A stretch of DNA of 64,000 nt from Protoeuglena noctilucae (lineage: Eukaryota). The DNA lies in the NCBI GenBank assembly GCA_958009085.1, contig OY253676.1, positions 372,001 through 436,000 of the forward strand, read 5' to 3'. This document shows positions 24,525 through 36,800 of the stretch, in pieces. The position numbers and the translations under genes were made by a program. Position 1 is the first letter of the stretch, and every line of letters starts with the position of its first letter. Below the pieces are notes generated by a model that worked only from the letters and a program-made list of their open reading frames with translations, did no database searches and had not been told where the DNA came from.

Positions 24525-27106
24525 TCAGTCCTCCTTGGCACCGCCCGTGCCATCCTCTTGGCCCTTCCCGACGGCCGGCCTCTCTGGGACCTTTGCGTGG
24601 GCTTGGCTTTTCAAACCCTGTGCGTGCTCTGGCTCGATAGCTCTGAGGACCTGGTCCTTGGTGCTGACCAGCCGTGCCAGAGTGCCGAAGACAGCCTGGG
24701 AAGAGGAAGGAGTGGGTCGATGTGATCCGAGTATATGCACAACAGGCAGCAGAAAGCGCAGCGTGATGCAGGCGCACAGCAGTCTTGCAAACAGCGCCAC
24801 ACCTTGGGGAAGATGACGACGAAGAGGGAGGCCGCGAAGCCCAGGAAGGTGACGGGGTTCAGGAAGAGCTTGAGGCGAGAGATGGCGAAGTAGACGCGGA
24901 CGTCGTTCTCGAGGTCCCAAGGCGTGCACTTCTCCGCGGCAATGGTGACCGACTTGGAGCCCAGGAAGTCGAGGGGCCAGTGGTGCGTGCCCAGGGTGAC
25001 GCGCGCGGACGGCGGCGCGTCCACGTGCAGCACGTTTGCACCCCAGGGGAGGCGGACCTCGACCTCGCAACGATCGAAGGCCACCTCGCTCAGGCTGGGG
25101 CTGTGGGCAGACACGCGCAGAGAGTTCTTTCAGGTTTGGGTGAGTCCTCACTAGCGCCGCTGGGTCACCTATCATGCACATACGCCTGCCCATGCAGAGC
25201 TCGAACAGCAAGGGTCGCCTGAGTGTCGCAGCCACTCACCCGACAGCACGCATGACCCGAAGAATCACTACAGCAATACAAGCGTGATTCAAGAGCAAAG
25301 GCACTCACCCGAGGGGGAGGACCACCGCCAACGGCATCTGCCCTTTGCCGATGGCGAGGCCTGCCTGAGAGCCGTCCTTCTTAATCAAGTTGAACTCGGG
25401 CTTGGGGTTGCCTGTCGTGGGGAGCGAGTAACTGAGCTGGAAGGTCGTGCTCTGGCCGCCCAGGAGCACGTATCGAGGCTCGAACTGCGGGGACGGGGAC
25501 AGGCGTTGATGGATAAAGGGTGTCGGCATGCGTGGGTCTGGCAACGAACGCAACTGCTATTGTACATGATTTGCAGCGCGAGCGAGCGAGGGATGATTGG
25601 CAAGAGGCGACCAAAGCAGGATGCATTGCTTGGCGTCATGAGTGCATGCACACGCTCACCAGGTAGGCGGTGAAATCGGGTTCAGAGACCTGCGTCCCAG
25701 TAAAGATGAGGCCGATGCGGTCCCGCAGCACGAAATCGGTGGCGCCGGGGGGCAGGGTGGCGGCCATACGGTCCACCATGACCATGGACGAAACGTGCTT
25801 CCTGCGACCGAACCTCAGGCGGGGGTCACGAGGTGCAGCGCGGCCCCCATCTGGATTACGAAATAATCCCGGCCCTCACCTCTCCCTCCGCTCCCGGGCC
25901 ATCTCCACCGCCATGCGGTCGAAATGCCCCAGGACCCGCGGGGCTGCGTTGCGGACGGTGTAGAGCTCCGTGACGCGCGTCGAGCTCAGGAGGGGCACCG
26001 CCACCACGCGCTGGACTCGCTCTCCCTCCAGCAGCACTCCGTTGTGCCAAAACTCCACTGCAGGTGGCCGCGCTGAGGCGTTCAGGGACTGAAGCAAGAG
26101 TGAGGTGGGGTCGGCAGCACCCCGAACAGCGCACGCACCTCTCAGTTGCGGGCGCTCCCCTACGCCAGACCACTGCCCCACGTTGAGCCACTTGATCGTC
26201 GTCTGGGACTTTTTCTTTTTGGGCTTGCTCGCCTTCCCACCGTCGCCCTGGCTGTCGCCTGCGTCCAACTGGCCACCTGCCGTGTACTCCTCGACCCGCG
26301 TCGACGGGAGCGTGACGGCGACACTCTCGGACAGCACGCGGTGGCCGGGGATGTCCAGCTGGAGCGCGTCCGTGAACACCATGCGGTTCTGCAGAGACGC
26401 CGAAAAGCGGGGCTCCAGGGAAGCGCGATCGCCCGCTCTGCGCTCTTCCGGTACCTCCCACGTACCTCTGTGAGTCCTAAGGAAATGTCCTCGAAATCGA
26501 TCTCCTCCGGATCCGTGCGCAGGGCCCCGAGCATGTAGCGGCGCACCACCAGCGTGTTCTCCTTGCCCTTCTGCACGCCCGCCGCGGACAGATCGATCGT
26601 CGCGCATCTCCCATCCTCCAGTTGCACCACGGGGAGACTGTCCCGGTGCGTCGCGGGCGCCTGGTACATGCCCGCGGCCAGGGACCCCAGCGTCTGCCCT
26701 GCCGCAGCGCACAGCGTCAGCGCCTTGATCTCGTCTTTGAAGGTGATGACGCTGCAATCACAGAAAAGGTGCGCTAAGAGCCATTCCGCACGCGCATCGG
26801 GCCTCCGATCGCGAGAGGCGAGCCTCTCCACGCGCGCACCGAGGAAGCGCCCACGCGGCGTCCCCCGTGCATCCCTAGACCGATGGCGCGACCAGCTGAT
26901 GCATTTTCATGCACGTCATTCGCAGAGAGGCGCTGAGCGATCCAATCGACGCCGCGACCTCACTCGCTGGCTGCTGTCCACGTCCCCAGCTGCGCCACGT
27001 ACAGGCTGCGCGAGACGCTGTCGATGGTCGCTCCATGTGAAATCACAACCACAGCGGCAGCAACGCAGCTTGCAAGCAGCGCGGTTGGTCGCCCGGGACC
27101 CCGCAT
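24525..27106 (-). CDS. Divergent ribophorin I (OST1/RPN1)-like type I membrane protein
   Basis: Signal-peptide-like start MRGPGRPTALLASCVAAAVVVISHG. Ribophorin-like motifs in order: ELYTVRNAA, LPPGATDFVLRDRIG, FEPRYVLLGG, VRLPWGA and LDFLGSKSVTI. One C-terminal TM segment (LNPVTFLGFAASLFVVIF). Confidence 0.7.
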
Positions 27107-27431
27107 CCTGCCCCCGCCTGTGCTATCCTGCTAAAACTTCGGTCCAACCATTCCACGGTGCTGAGACCTAGTGTGCAGCAGACAGCTCGGTGACGGCCAG
27201 TGTTCCAGCGCAGCCAGGTGCACACCCCTCGCTTCAAACTCTCTCCTGCGCCCTGACGCCCTCTTGCAGCCCCCTGACAGGGCCCCGACAGGGTGGCAAC
27301 GACAGGCGGTCAGCGTCTGCATACGCGCACGACACAGAGGGCTCGATGTGGTGTCATGACATGAAGGGCTCGGTGTGGTGTCATCTAATCCTGTGGCAAG
27401 CAGGGTCACTCAGGACTCAGGAGTGCGCTCC

Positions 27432-28731
27432 TCACGTCTTGCGCCCCTCATCGCGCAGCAGCGTCTCCTGGTTGCTGGCCCCCTGCTGCCGGCTCGACCC
27501 GTCCGACTTAACGTAGTGCTTCCAAGGCACGGGGAAGAGGAGGGACGTGCTGCTCCGCCACCGCTGGAACTCCGCGTCGCCACCCCACCGCTCCTTCTGC
27601 TGCTTCTCTTGCAAGGGGATACCGGATGCCTTGAAGAGAAGGAGCATCGTGAAGAGCGGGCTCGCGACAGCCTGTGGAAAGAGAGGGGGCACGCGATGGC
27701 AGGTGGGACGCCGGGAGGACGCCGGGAGCAGGGGCCGTAGGGATGCCAGGCTGCTGTGGCTGGCTCACCACGAACTGCCACGTGCGCAGCATGGACGTGG
27801 AGAAAATGAAGACGCCCCACCAGATGCATATCTCCCCGCCGTAGTTCGGGTACCTGGCATAACTCCACACACCCACGTCAACGAACTTGCCCTGCGATCC
27901 GCTCCATCAGGGTCGGCATGACGCAAAGCATGGGCGTGATTAGCTTCATGCCGTGGCGATTGCAACGCGCGACACTTGCCTTGTTGGCGGGGTCCATTTT
28001 GAAGAAGAGCTTTTGGAAGTCCGCCGTGCATTCCAGCACCATGCCGAGCGCCCACAGGACTGGGCCAATGATGTCCTGGGGCTGGAGCCCGGCGGGGTCG
28101 GCGCCGGTGCCGTTCACGATGATGGCCGGGAGGCAGTTGACCCAGCACCACACGGACTGGAGCCAGTAAAACACGAAAAGCGTGGCGGGCTTGTCGAGGA
28201 CGTCGTGGAACCGGCTGTCGCCCCAGCGCAGCGCCCGATAGAAGAGGAACAGGCCCAGACGGAGCGTCCAGACCGTGATCATGACGGAGATGACCACCTG
28301 CCTGCGCGGTGGGGGTGCGGAAAGAAGTGGTGGCGCATGCGTCGCTTCCTGGTGCGAAGGCCGCCGCCTGGGTGCGCGCCGGTACCTGGCTGGCGGGCCA
28401 TCCGGCGTGCCGGCTCCGAGAGTAATCCCGAGCATCAGCAGGTTCGCTATCGTTCCCGTCACATCGTACACGCGCTCCGTCTTGAGGGCACTCGCAATTG
28501 CCCACGAGACCGTGTTCACTCCGAGGGACAGGACTGTATCGCAGGGTCGCGAACGTCAGAAACGGTCATTATCAATGGACGGGTGCGGCGACGCGGCCAG
28601 GAGACGCGCGGCGAGGCACGTGAGTGGATGGACAAAGCAACGCAGCGAGCACTCTCACTATAGGCGATGAGGAGGCTCTGCTGGACGCAGCCCATGCCGG
28701 GGAAGATGGAAAGCCCGCAGTGCGCCTCCAT
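27432..28731 (-). CDS. DUF1295 / steroid 5-alpha-reductase-like membrane protein
   Basis: Motifs KTERVYDVTGT, WTLRLGLFLFYR, DSRFHDV, ECTADFQKLFFK, GVWSYARYPNYGGEICIWWG and SGIPLQEK. Confidence 0.9.
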
Positions 28732-29106
28732 GGCTGCCGAGACGCCGGGCCGAAGACGAGGCGGGTGGCCAAGTTGACCGAGCCCGTTGCACGAGCCTAG
28801 CACTAGGCTCGCGGGGCCTGTGCGGACGCGGAGGACCTTGGAGACGCGCGACGGATGAGAGACTTTTGCACGAGCGAGGGGGTTCCAATGGCACTTCAGA
28901 ACAAGCATACGAGCTCGGTGTCCGTGGTCGATGCTATCCGGCGCCCGTCGCAAGACGTATAGGAGAGGACTGCCTACGACGCGAGTCCTCGAGATCCACG
29001 CAGCGACTGCACGAGTGCAACGTGCCAGCCTGGCACGGCAGTGGCTGGGATGCACCGCATGCCAACAAGTGCCGGACTTGCGGAGGCAATTCGACTGCTG
29101 TCGCTG

Positions 29107-29935
29107 TCATTTCTTCCCCTTCTTGGCCTTCTTGAGCGCCTTCTTGCTGATGTTGGCCGCGGGTCCCGCTGCGGGCCCCATGGCGGAGCCAAGCACGGCC
29201 GCCAACTCCTCGGCCCTCTTGAAGGGATCCTCGCCCGGCTGCAGGAAAGGGATTCAGAGTCGATGAGTGCACCGAAGGCATCACTGCCGTACCGCAGAGG
29301 GCACATGGGGCAAAAGCTCACGACCACTGCCAGGGGCGACTAGGGCGGGACGCACCGGTGGCTTGCCCCCCCGCTTGACCCTGTCCTGGCTTGTGCGTAT
29401 TGCCTGCGGCGAAGTTGTGCGACGACTCAGTCCTGAGCTGGAGGTGGCAGGGGAAGCCAAACGACATCCCCCGCCGGCCGTCCTGAACACGACCCAGGCA
29501 GGAAAGTTAAAGGAAAGCAAAATGGATCGGCAGAGCATCACCTCGGCAATTTTGATGTACACGTCCTTGCGAGAGCGGACGTCTGGGGAGCAGAGCTTGC
29601 CCGTGTCGTCTCGCAGCGCCACGCGGAGTCTGCCCCTCGTCAGCCAGTCCCGGGGGTACGCCTTGTCCTCGGGCTCGCAAGCGAACCCGACTTTCGTCGC
29701 CGCCTGTGCGATTTCCTCAATCGTCGGCCCTTGAACCGCCTTCTCCCGCGCAATTCTCCGCCCCTCCGCGGTCGTCTTGCTGCATGCAGGCACGCTCGTC
29801 TGCGATCGCATGCAAGCGAGCGCGGCGCGGAGCCATGAGAGCCCCCAAAACATCGACGCACGACTAGCGCCCTCGCCTGCTGTCCAGGTAGGCCGGGTAG
29901 ACCACCACCCGGCGGTCTGTGACGGTGTCCACCAT
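29107..29935 (-). CDS. SRP19: Signal recognition particle 19 kDa protein
   Basis: MVDTVTDRRVVVYPAYLDSSKTTAEGRRIAREKAVQGPTIEEI...EDKAYPRDWLTRGRLRVAL, with a Lys-rich C-terminus (KKAKKGKK*). The first intron has a GC donor at 29876. Confidence 0.95.
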
Positions 29936-29961
29936 CTAGGGCGAGCGGACACGTGGAGCAC

Positions 29962-30365
29962 TCAGTAAGAGTCGGTGCGGTCGTACATGCGGGCGAAGTA
30001 GTGCATCATCTGCCCCCAGTAGCCCTTGCTGTTGCTCTCGAGCTTCGCCTCCTTGGAAGTCTCCTCCACCCTCTTCTTCAGGTCCAGCTCATCCACCGCC
30101 GTGATATGCTCTGCAAACAGGCCGGCTCGCGGGCTCAGGAGACAGCGCTGCCCTCGCGTCAGTCGCTCTCACGAGTGAATCGGTCCAGAAGGATGCGAGG
30201 CCCCGGTGGGCTCACGAGGGGCGGAGGGCGCCGGCAGATTTGCGCGCGGGCGGGTCTACGCTCACTTGTGCGCGGAGGCGCGCCGCGGACGGCCTCCTTG
30301 GCCTGCCCCGCCCTGCTGCTCGTCTCCTTGGTCTGCCTACCAGCGCTGCTGTTGTCCCTGTTCAT
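29962..30365 (-). CDS. Small unknown 82-aa protein (2 exons) ending 26 nt upstream of the SRP19 start
   Basis: GCC-ATG at 30365. Exon 1 runs 30365-30266, then a GTGAGC...TTTGCAG intron 30265-30111, then exon 2 30110-29962 in frame. Product MNRDNSSAGRQTKETSSRAGQAKEAVRGAPPRTKHITAVDELDLKKRVEETSKEAKLESNSKGYWGQMMHYFARMYDRTDSY*. Strongly G/C-ending codons, as in neighbouring genes. Confidence 0.72.
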
Positions 30366-30664
30366 GGCCAGCCGAAATCGCAGTTCCTCGCACGTGACAT
30401 CAGCGGGGCCGCTCTGTGCAGCCAGCGACATCACGCGCACGGCCGTGTGACGCTGACGCGGAGAAATCCGACGCAAGAACACTGTAAAAACTGTTCTGAA
30501 CAGTTTTCACTTGGATCCATTTGCCTCATATGCTGAGTGCCAGTGCTTGAACTTGCCTGCCGAGCAGCCTTGGCGTCGCTGCTGGCGGTGGCGAACGAGG
30601 ATGGGACTTCTCCGTTGAGGGGTCGCTTTCCCGGAGCCGCCTTGCGCAAGGCGGCTTAGGCACG

Positions 30665-33600
30665 ATGCCGGCACCTGACCGTCGCATCAGGCTCCACATC
30701 GCCAGTGGGCCTTCCCAGGGGCAGGCAGTGCAGTCCGAGTGCAGATGGTGAGCAGGCTCCCTGCTCTCGGCCAGCCGAGCGGGTGCTGATATCGCGGCGA
30801 AGAAGCGCGCTTGTCCTTCCTCGCAGCTTGCTCCCGCTTCCATCCAACGCGAAAGTCGTCGCGGACGTCGCCGCCGCCATCAAGCGCTTCTTCGACCTCG
30901 ATGGCGAGCCAGCGCTGACCGTGGGAGGCTACGCCGTCCTCCCGGAGCTCCCCGCCTCAATTTTCCGGGACGACGATGAGGTTCACGTCACCGTGGCGCC
31001 CGCATCGCATCCCGCCCGCCGGAATCCCCGCCAGCAGTCCACACCAGTCGCCCAGGGAGCACAAAGGTTGGTTGCAGCAGCTTGGCCAGAAGGAGCCTGG
31101 GACACGCCACCCGCAGCCTGTTGATGATACGCTGTGCCCGCCTGGCCTGGCTGCAGGCGCACGGCGCTTGCTGCGACTCCTGGTGCACCCCACCCGCTGC
31201 CCGCCCCGAGGCCTGGGGGTACCGAGGCGAGACCCAACAGGGCTTCGGGAAAGGCCGTTGCGTCTGACGTGAACGCGGGCCTCGTTTCGTCGAGCTCCTC
31301 AGAGTCAGGGACGAGCTCGCGCAAGGGGGCGGGTCACGTGGGGTCGCCGGCATCGTCATCGAAGAGCCCTTCCTCATCCTCTCTTGCCTCGGACACCTTT
31401 TCCGCGGACGCGTCTTCGTCGAGCGCATCGTCCTCCGAGACGTCTTCCCCTGCTTCCTCGTCGTTTGACACGACGTCCTCTGACGCCTCCTCTGACACGT
31501 CCTCCACTTTGGCCTCGTTGAGCGAAGCCCCTTTTGCGTCCCCGAGTCCAAGCGAGGCCTTGCCCGACACGCAGGGGCCCTCAGGAGGTCAGTGGCTTGA
31601 ACAGTGACGCGCGCGCTTTTTACATGCAACAGCGGCCTGGGTCGGGGTGCGTGTGATGGTGTCATGATATGCTGACCTCCACTGTGGCCCTTGGGCTCAG
31701 GGAACGAGGAGGACGCGGGGTCATCGAGCACGGACACCTCGGGGCCACCAGCTGCGCGCGGGAGCGAAAAGCCGGGGGGGCCTGAGGGGCCGGATGGGGG
31801 CGAGTCGGCGGCCAAGAAAGGGTCGAGCCGCAATGCGCGGCGGAAGGCGGCAAAGCGCAGACTGCGGCGACTGGGCGTGTTACCACCCAAGAAGAAGTGA
31901 GGAGCACGCTGTTGCGATGTGTGCCCAAATGTAGCATGACCCATAGTTGCTGGCGAACCTTGCCTCGCCTCACTCGCCTGCCGCGCTGCAAACCCCTGCA
32001 GGGTCTGGCGGCCAGCAAAGGACAGGACCAACGTGGCGGCAGCTGGGGGTTTGGAGCCTGCGGCAACGAAGGAGCCTTCATTACCAGCGAAGAAGCTCCC
32101 GGCTGCGAGGGAAGAGGAGGAGGACCGGGCGTCTCCGGGGCAAGGGCCAGAGGTCGCGGCACGACCTACCGACGTTGTCGTGCCCGATCACACCATCGCC
32201 CCGAATGGCAAGCGGCGCAGGGCCGTCCCCGACAGGGCGCCAGACCATGTGCGGGAGGACGCGCACGCGATGTCGTCGCCGTCGCCGGGGAGAGCGCCGA
32301 ACGAGCGAACGATGGCAGGCGTAGTTGCGACGGACAACGGGGGAGGGCGAGCGGACCTGCAAGGAGGGTCGCCCGCGCACCTGGCTTTGGTAGCCGAGGC
32401 CGTGGCGTCTTTGGCGTCGTCGGGGCTCGAGCCGCAGGGCATGCCGCCTGCAGGGACGTTCCTTGCCTACCGTGTGCTGGAGATGGGACCGGACCTGTGC
32501 CCAACGGTGTCTGAGTACCGCTTGGGAACTCTCGTGGAGTGCGATGCGGCGGCCAACACGGTCGCCCTCGCACCGCACCCCATGGCGCCCCACGCCGGGC
32601 TGCGGGGTGCCCAGGACGGTACCGCCGATAGTAATGGCGGCGGTGAGGGAGACGACAAAGACGGAGGGGTCGGGTGTACGAGGCGTCAAAGGGTGCGGCT
32701 GGAGGCGGAGTCGCTGTACGATGCTGATGGGGTGCTCCGGGTGGCGATGGGTGCGCTCCAGGGCGTGCGGATGGTGAGCGAGGAGGCACTGGCGGGCGCG
32801 CTGAGAGGGAGGGAGGCGGTGGGCACAGAGGGCGAGGGCAGCGGCCGAGCACCGGTCCCTGCTGCTTTAGGAGTGGCCAGGGGCCCACCCAGCAAGCGGA
32901 CTGCCGAGAGTAGCCAGGGGCCAAGCCAGGGGCAGCCTTTGGACCCAAGGATGCTGGCGGCGAATGTTTTGCTCCTCAGGTGAGGGTGCATTTGCGCGGT
33001 CATGCGGGCATGTCTTTGTCTCGGTCGCTCCGGGCCGATCGTCTCGCGAATTGCGAATCAAATCGTTTCGTTTGTTAACTCGCAACGCAGAGCGAGGCGC
33101 GCCGCCCTCGTTGGGGCTCTGGCCCAGTCGCCCACGGGAGCTCCAACGGCTGCGGTCGCATCCATGGAAGGTCTGCCGGGTCCGCCCTTGCGAGGACCCA
33201 CGGCTTTCCAGCACCCTGCCGTGGGGTCGCCCGCGCCAGTGCAGACGGCGCCGCACGGCGCAGCCTCTCAGTCCCAAGACGGGTCCGGCTCTGCAGCGAA
33301 GGGTTCCAGGGGCGGTGTTTCTGCACAGGCCCAGCCGGCCACGACGCCCGGGCCAGAGCCCCAGTCAGGCGGCGCAGTGACAAGCCCTGCACCCCAAGCA
33401 GGGAACTCAGCCACAGGGGACCCGCCTGAAGTCGAAGTGCCCATGGCTGCAGTCGGCCCCACAGATGCGCAGTCGGAGGGAGGGCATGGGAGTGGTAGCG
33501 TGGAGGCAGGCGAGCGCAACGGTAGCGCGGGGGGTAGAGGCGAGGGCGGGGCGCAGGGGGGCAGGGGGCGGGGCAGGGGGCGAGGCCCCAGGCCGCGCCC

Positions 33601-33682
33601 TGGGGTGAGGCGCGCGGCGGTCGGGGCACTACTGGCGAGCTTGCGCGCCATGCAGGATCCGGTCTTGGCTCCGATTGATTGA
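30665..33682 (+). CDS. COIL: Coilin (Cajal body protein)
   Basis: N-terminal coilin-like domain (RRIRLHI...VADVAAAIKRFF...LTVGGYAVLP...IFRDDDEVHV), a Ser-rich linker, SRNARRKAAKRRLRR, a Tudor-like segment LAYRVLEMGPDLCPTVSEYRLG, and RG repeats near the C-terminus. Confidence 0.82.
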
Positions 33683-33862
33683 ATGCCATGTGCGAGTCAC
33701 CGAGGACGCAGGGACATTCATGAAGCGTTAAAAACATGCTAACGTGCTGCGCGAGTTTGGTAGGGAGTGTGGCATGGCAAGAGTTGGGCAGCGGTGTCAG
33801 GAGCACTGCGCGGGCTAGAGGGCGTGTCTGTGGCACGTCACGACCGTCGCAGGTCACGGCCT

Positions 33863-36800
33863 TCACTTCCCCTCAAGGACGGAATGGAGAGCGAGGGCGG
33901 CGTGCTCTGCGGCGGCCGCCAGAGAAGCCGCGTCCTCTTGGGCCCCTCCCTCGGAGCCGGCCATGCCCAACGCCTGCACGGCCCGCACCAGCGCTGCGAC
34001 GGCGTTGGCGTCGATGCCGTCCGCCGCATCGTCGGGGAGAGGCTCTAGGCATGCCTGCGGGGTAAGACGGGGTACGGATGGGTGATTAAGCAATGTTATC
34101 AGCTGAGAAAGGGGCGATTGGGCGGGTGACGATTGGACTTTGCGAGGCGGGGCACGCCTCAGCGGTGTGACGAGAAACGCAAGCGACGAGCCAAGACATC
34201 AATGCGCGCGTCCTCGTCCTCACCAGCGCGCGGAGGATCCCCTCCTGCACGGCCGGGACCGGCGCGAACCCTCCGTCCCCCGGCTGCAGGCACTCGGCGA
34301 TGGCGTCGGCGTAATCGGCAGCAAGCAGCACGGCCCCGCACTCTCGGGGGTGCATGTCACAGAGGAAAGAGAGGGCCTCGGAGGCGAGGGCCCCGACACC
34401 GCCGTCCGGGTGCCTCAGGAGGTCGACGACGACCGGCAGCGAGTCGAGGAGCGCGGTCGACGCGCCGGCCCCTGGGGCGTCCGCGTGCCTGGCGTGCTGG
34501 TCCCTCTCCAGCAGGGAGCAGCACAGGTCGAGGACGGGCTCCAGGAAGGGCTCGACGGCGTTGTCGTGGGCGTAGGACAGGACGGCGTGGACGCGGGAGG
34601 CAACCGACAGCCGCGCGGCGTCGGGGAGCGACAGCGCCCCACCCACGACGAGGGCGCGGCAGATGCGGAGGTTGTGGACGTTGTTGTTGGGGCTGTCGAG
34701 GGACAGGAACGCGAAGAAACGGGGCACGACGCCGAGGGACTGCACGGCGGGGAGCCACCGACCGCCGGCGTCCATCAGCGCAACGAAGATCTTGAGGGCG
34801 TTGAGGGGCATCAGGTCGGAACCCCGCTCCTCGAGGAGGCCGGGGAGGAGAGGAAGGATGCGGGACTCGAGGGCCCGCTCCATGCTGGGGGACGGCGCCG
34901 GGTGTGGCGGGGGTTGCGTGCCGTCCGTCGATGGCCCGGCCCCCGCGTGGGACTGCCGGGACAGGTACGTGAGGACCACGTCCGAGAGCAGAGACACGCT
35001 CGCAAACCTGCGGAAATGGCAACGAGCGAGGTGAAGGTCAGGGTCTTCGGAGGGCGAGGGCGGCGGTGGGCCCGACGGTCAGTCGCACGTCGGCTGCTGC
35101 GACAAGGCGGTCTCTGTCACGCCGCCCGGCGCCTCACCGCATCTCCGAGTCCGCCTCGGGGTTCCCGACGACCTCGGCGAGCGCCGGTACGAGGGCCGTC
35201 GCCGTCGCCTCCACCAGTGCTGCCGGGGGCGGCGCTGCTTGCGCCGCCTCGCTCGCCCCGTCCCCGCCCGGCCTCGGACCCCCCGACGCGCCCACGAGCG
35301 CCGGCGCGTGCTCCTGCAGCGCCGCCATAGTCTGCACCAGCGACTCGCGGAACTCTGGCAGCCCCGTGAAGGACACACCGGGGGAGGTGACGGCCGTGGC
35401 GAAGGCGGCCAGGCGCGTGACGAGGTCCGGAGAGACGGCGGCGGAGCGCAGGGCCGGGGAGAGCAGCAGGGAGGGCAGGACGGTCATCTGGTGGATGGGG
35501 GACCGAGGCTGCCCGGCGCCCACGGCGGCCCGGGTGGAGCCCCCTGACGCGAACCTCCTCTTGGTCAGGGCCGCCAGGTCGTCTGCCGCCTGGGTCAGGA
35601 AGGTCCCCAGCTGCTCGGCGATCTCGTTGCGGAAGGCCGCGAGGGCCGCGCGGAGGTACGGCTCGCGTTCCCTGGAGAGCTTCTCCAGGCGATCGAAGGC
35701 CTGGCGGGGGCGGAGGTGAGGGGCGGGCGGTGAGGTGAGGGGTGGGCAGTGTGGCGGGAGAAGGGCAGTGGGGTGAGGGGTGGGCAGCGAGGTGCGGGGC
35801 GGGCAGCGGGGTCCGGGGTGGGTTTGCAGTGAGGGGTCACCTTGGGCCCAAGGCGGGCGAGGAAGCCGAGGGACTGTCGACACAAGAGCCCCGTGGTGAT
35901 GACGGCCTTGGCCTGCAAGACGGGCAGGGGCGAGCTGAGGAGGTGGAGGAGCCCGCAGGAGAGCTGGCGGTCGTCCAGGAGCTGGGTGCGGACGCGGGAC
36001 TGGAGGCCCTCACTGGCGGCGGCGAGGCTGCGGGGTTAGAGAGGGGCGGGGGTGCGGTGTAAGCGCAGAGTGGGCCTAGGAGCTAGTCTGTCCGTAAATG
36101 CATGCCTGAACATCATCCACGCGCCATCACGCACCTGAGCATGGTGGCAGAGGCCCCCTGGCTCTTGGAGGACGTGTCAGTGAGCCCTTGCACGAAAAGG
36201 CGCACGCCCCACTTGTCAAAGACCTGCGCCAGGAGCGCCGGCTGCACGCGGCACAGCCGGCACAGCGTCGACGCAGCCGTGCCCCGCAGCGCGTCCTGCT
36301 TGGTCGAGGACATGATCTGAGCCACCAGGAAAGCCGTCTCGGGCGTCGCCACACGCGTGCCCCAGTCGCCGCCCTGCGTCGCGATGTTCTCGATCGCCTT
36401 CAGCGCGTAGTGCTGCGTGACCTCGTCCTCCCCCGGCCGCAGCGTCCGCACGACCTGACTCAGCACCGTGCCAGGCACCTCCCAGGGGCCGGCCCCGGCC
36501 CCCGCGCCACCCGCGCCCCGGCCCTCCCCCTCGCCCTCCCCTCCCACCCCGTTGGCCGTGTCGCCGTCGCCGTCGGCCCCGCTCCCGCCCGCCCCCGCGC
36601 CCCGGTCGTGCTGCTGCGTCGCGCAGAAGAAGAGCAGCTCCCCCAGTGCCCCCATGGCGCGTCGCCTCACACGCTCCGCCGGGTCCTTTAAGGCCTCCGC
36701 CACCACCTCGAGGACCCCCGTGGCCGCCAGCTCGTCCGCGATGTACGTCGCGTGCCGCACGAGCCGCCCGATCACGCTGCAGAGGCGCACGCGTAGGCGG

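Noticed and set aside
29936..29986. Splicing that fuses the 82-aa ORF to SRP19
   Set aside because: The 26-nt GT...AG spacer lies after the stop codon. The donors at 30265 and at CGCAT|GTACG both join the SRP19 acceptor out of frame.
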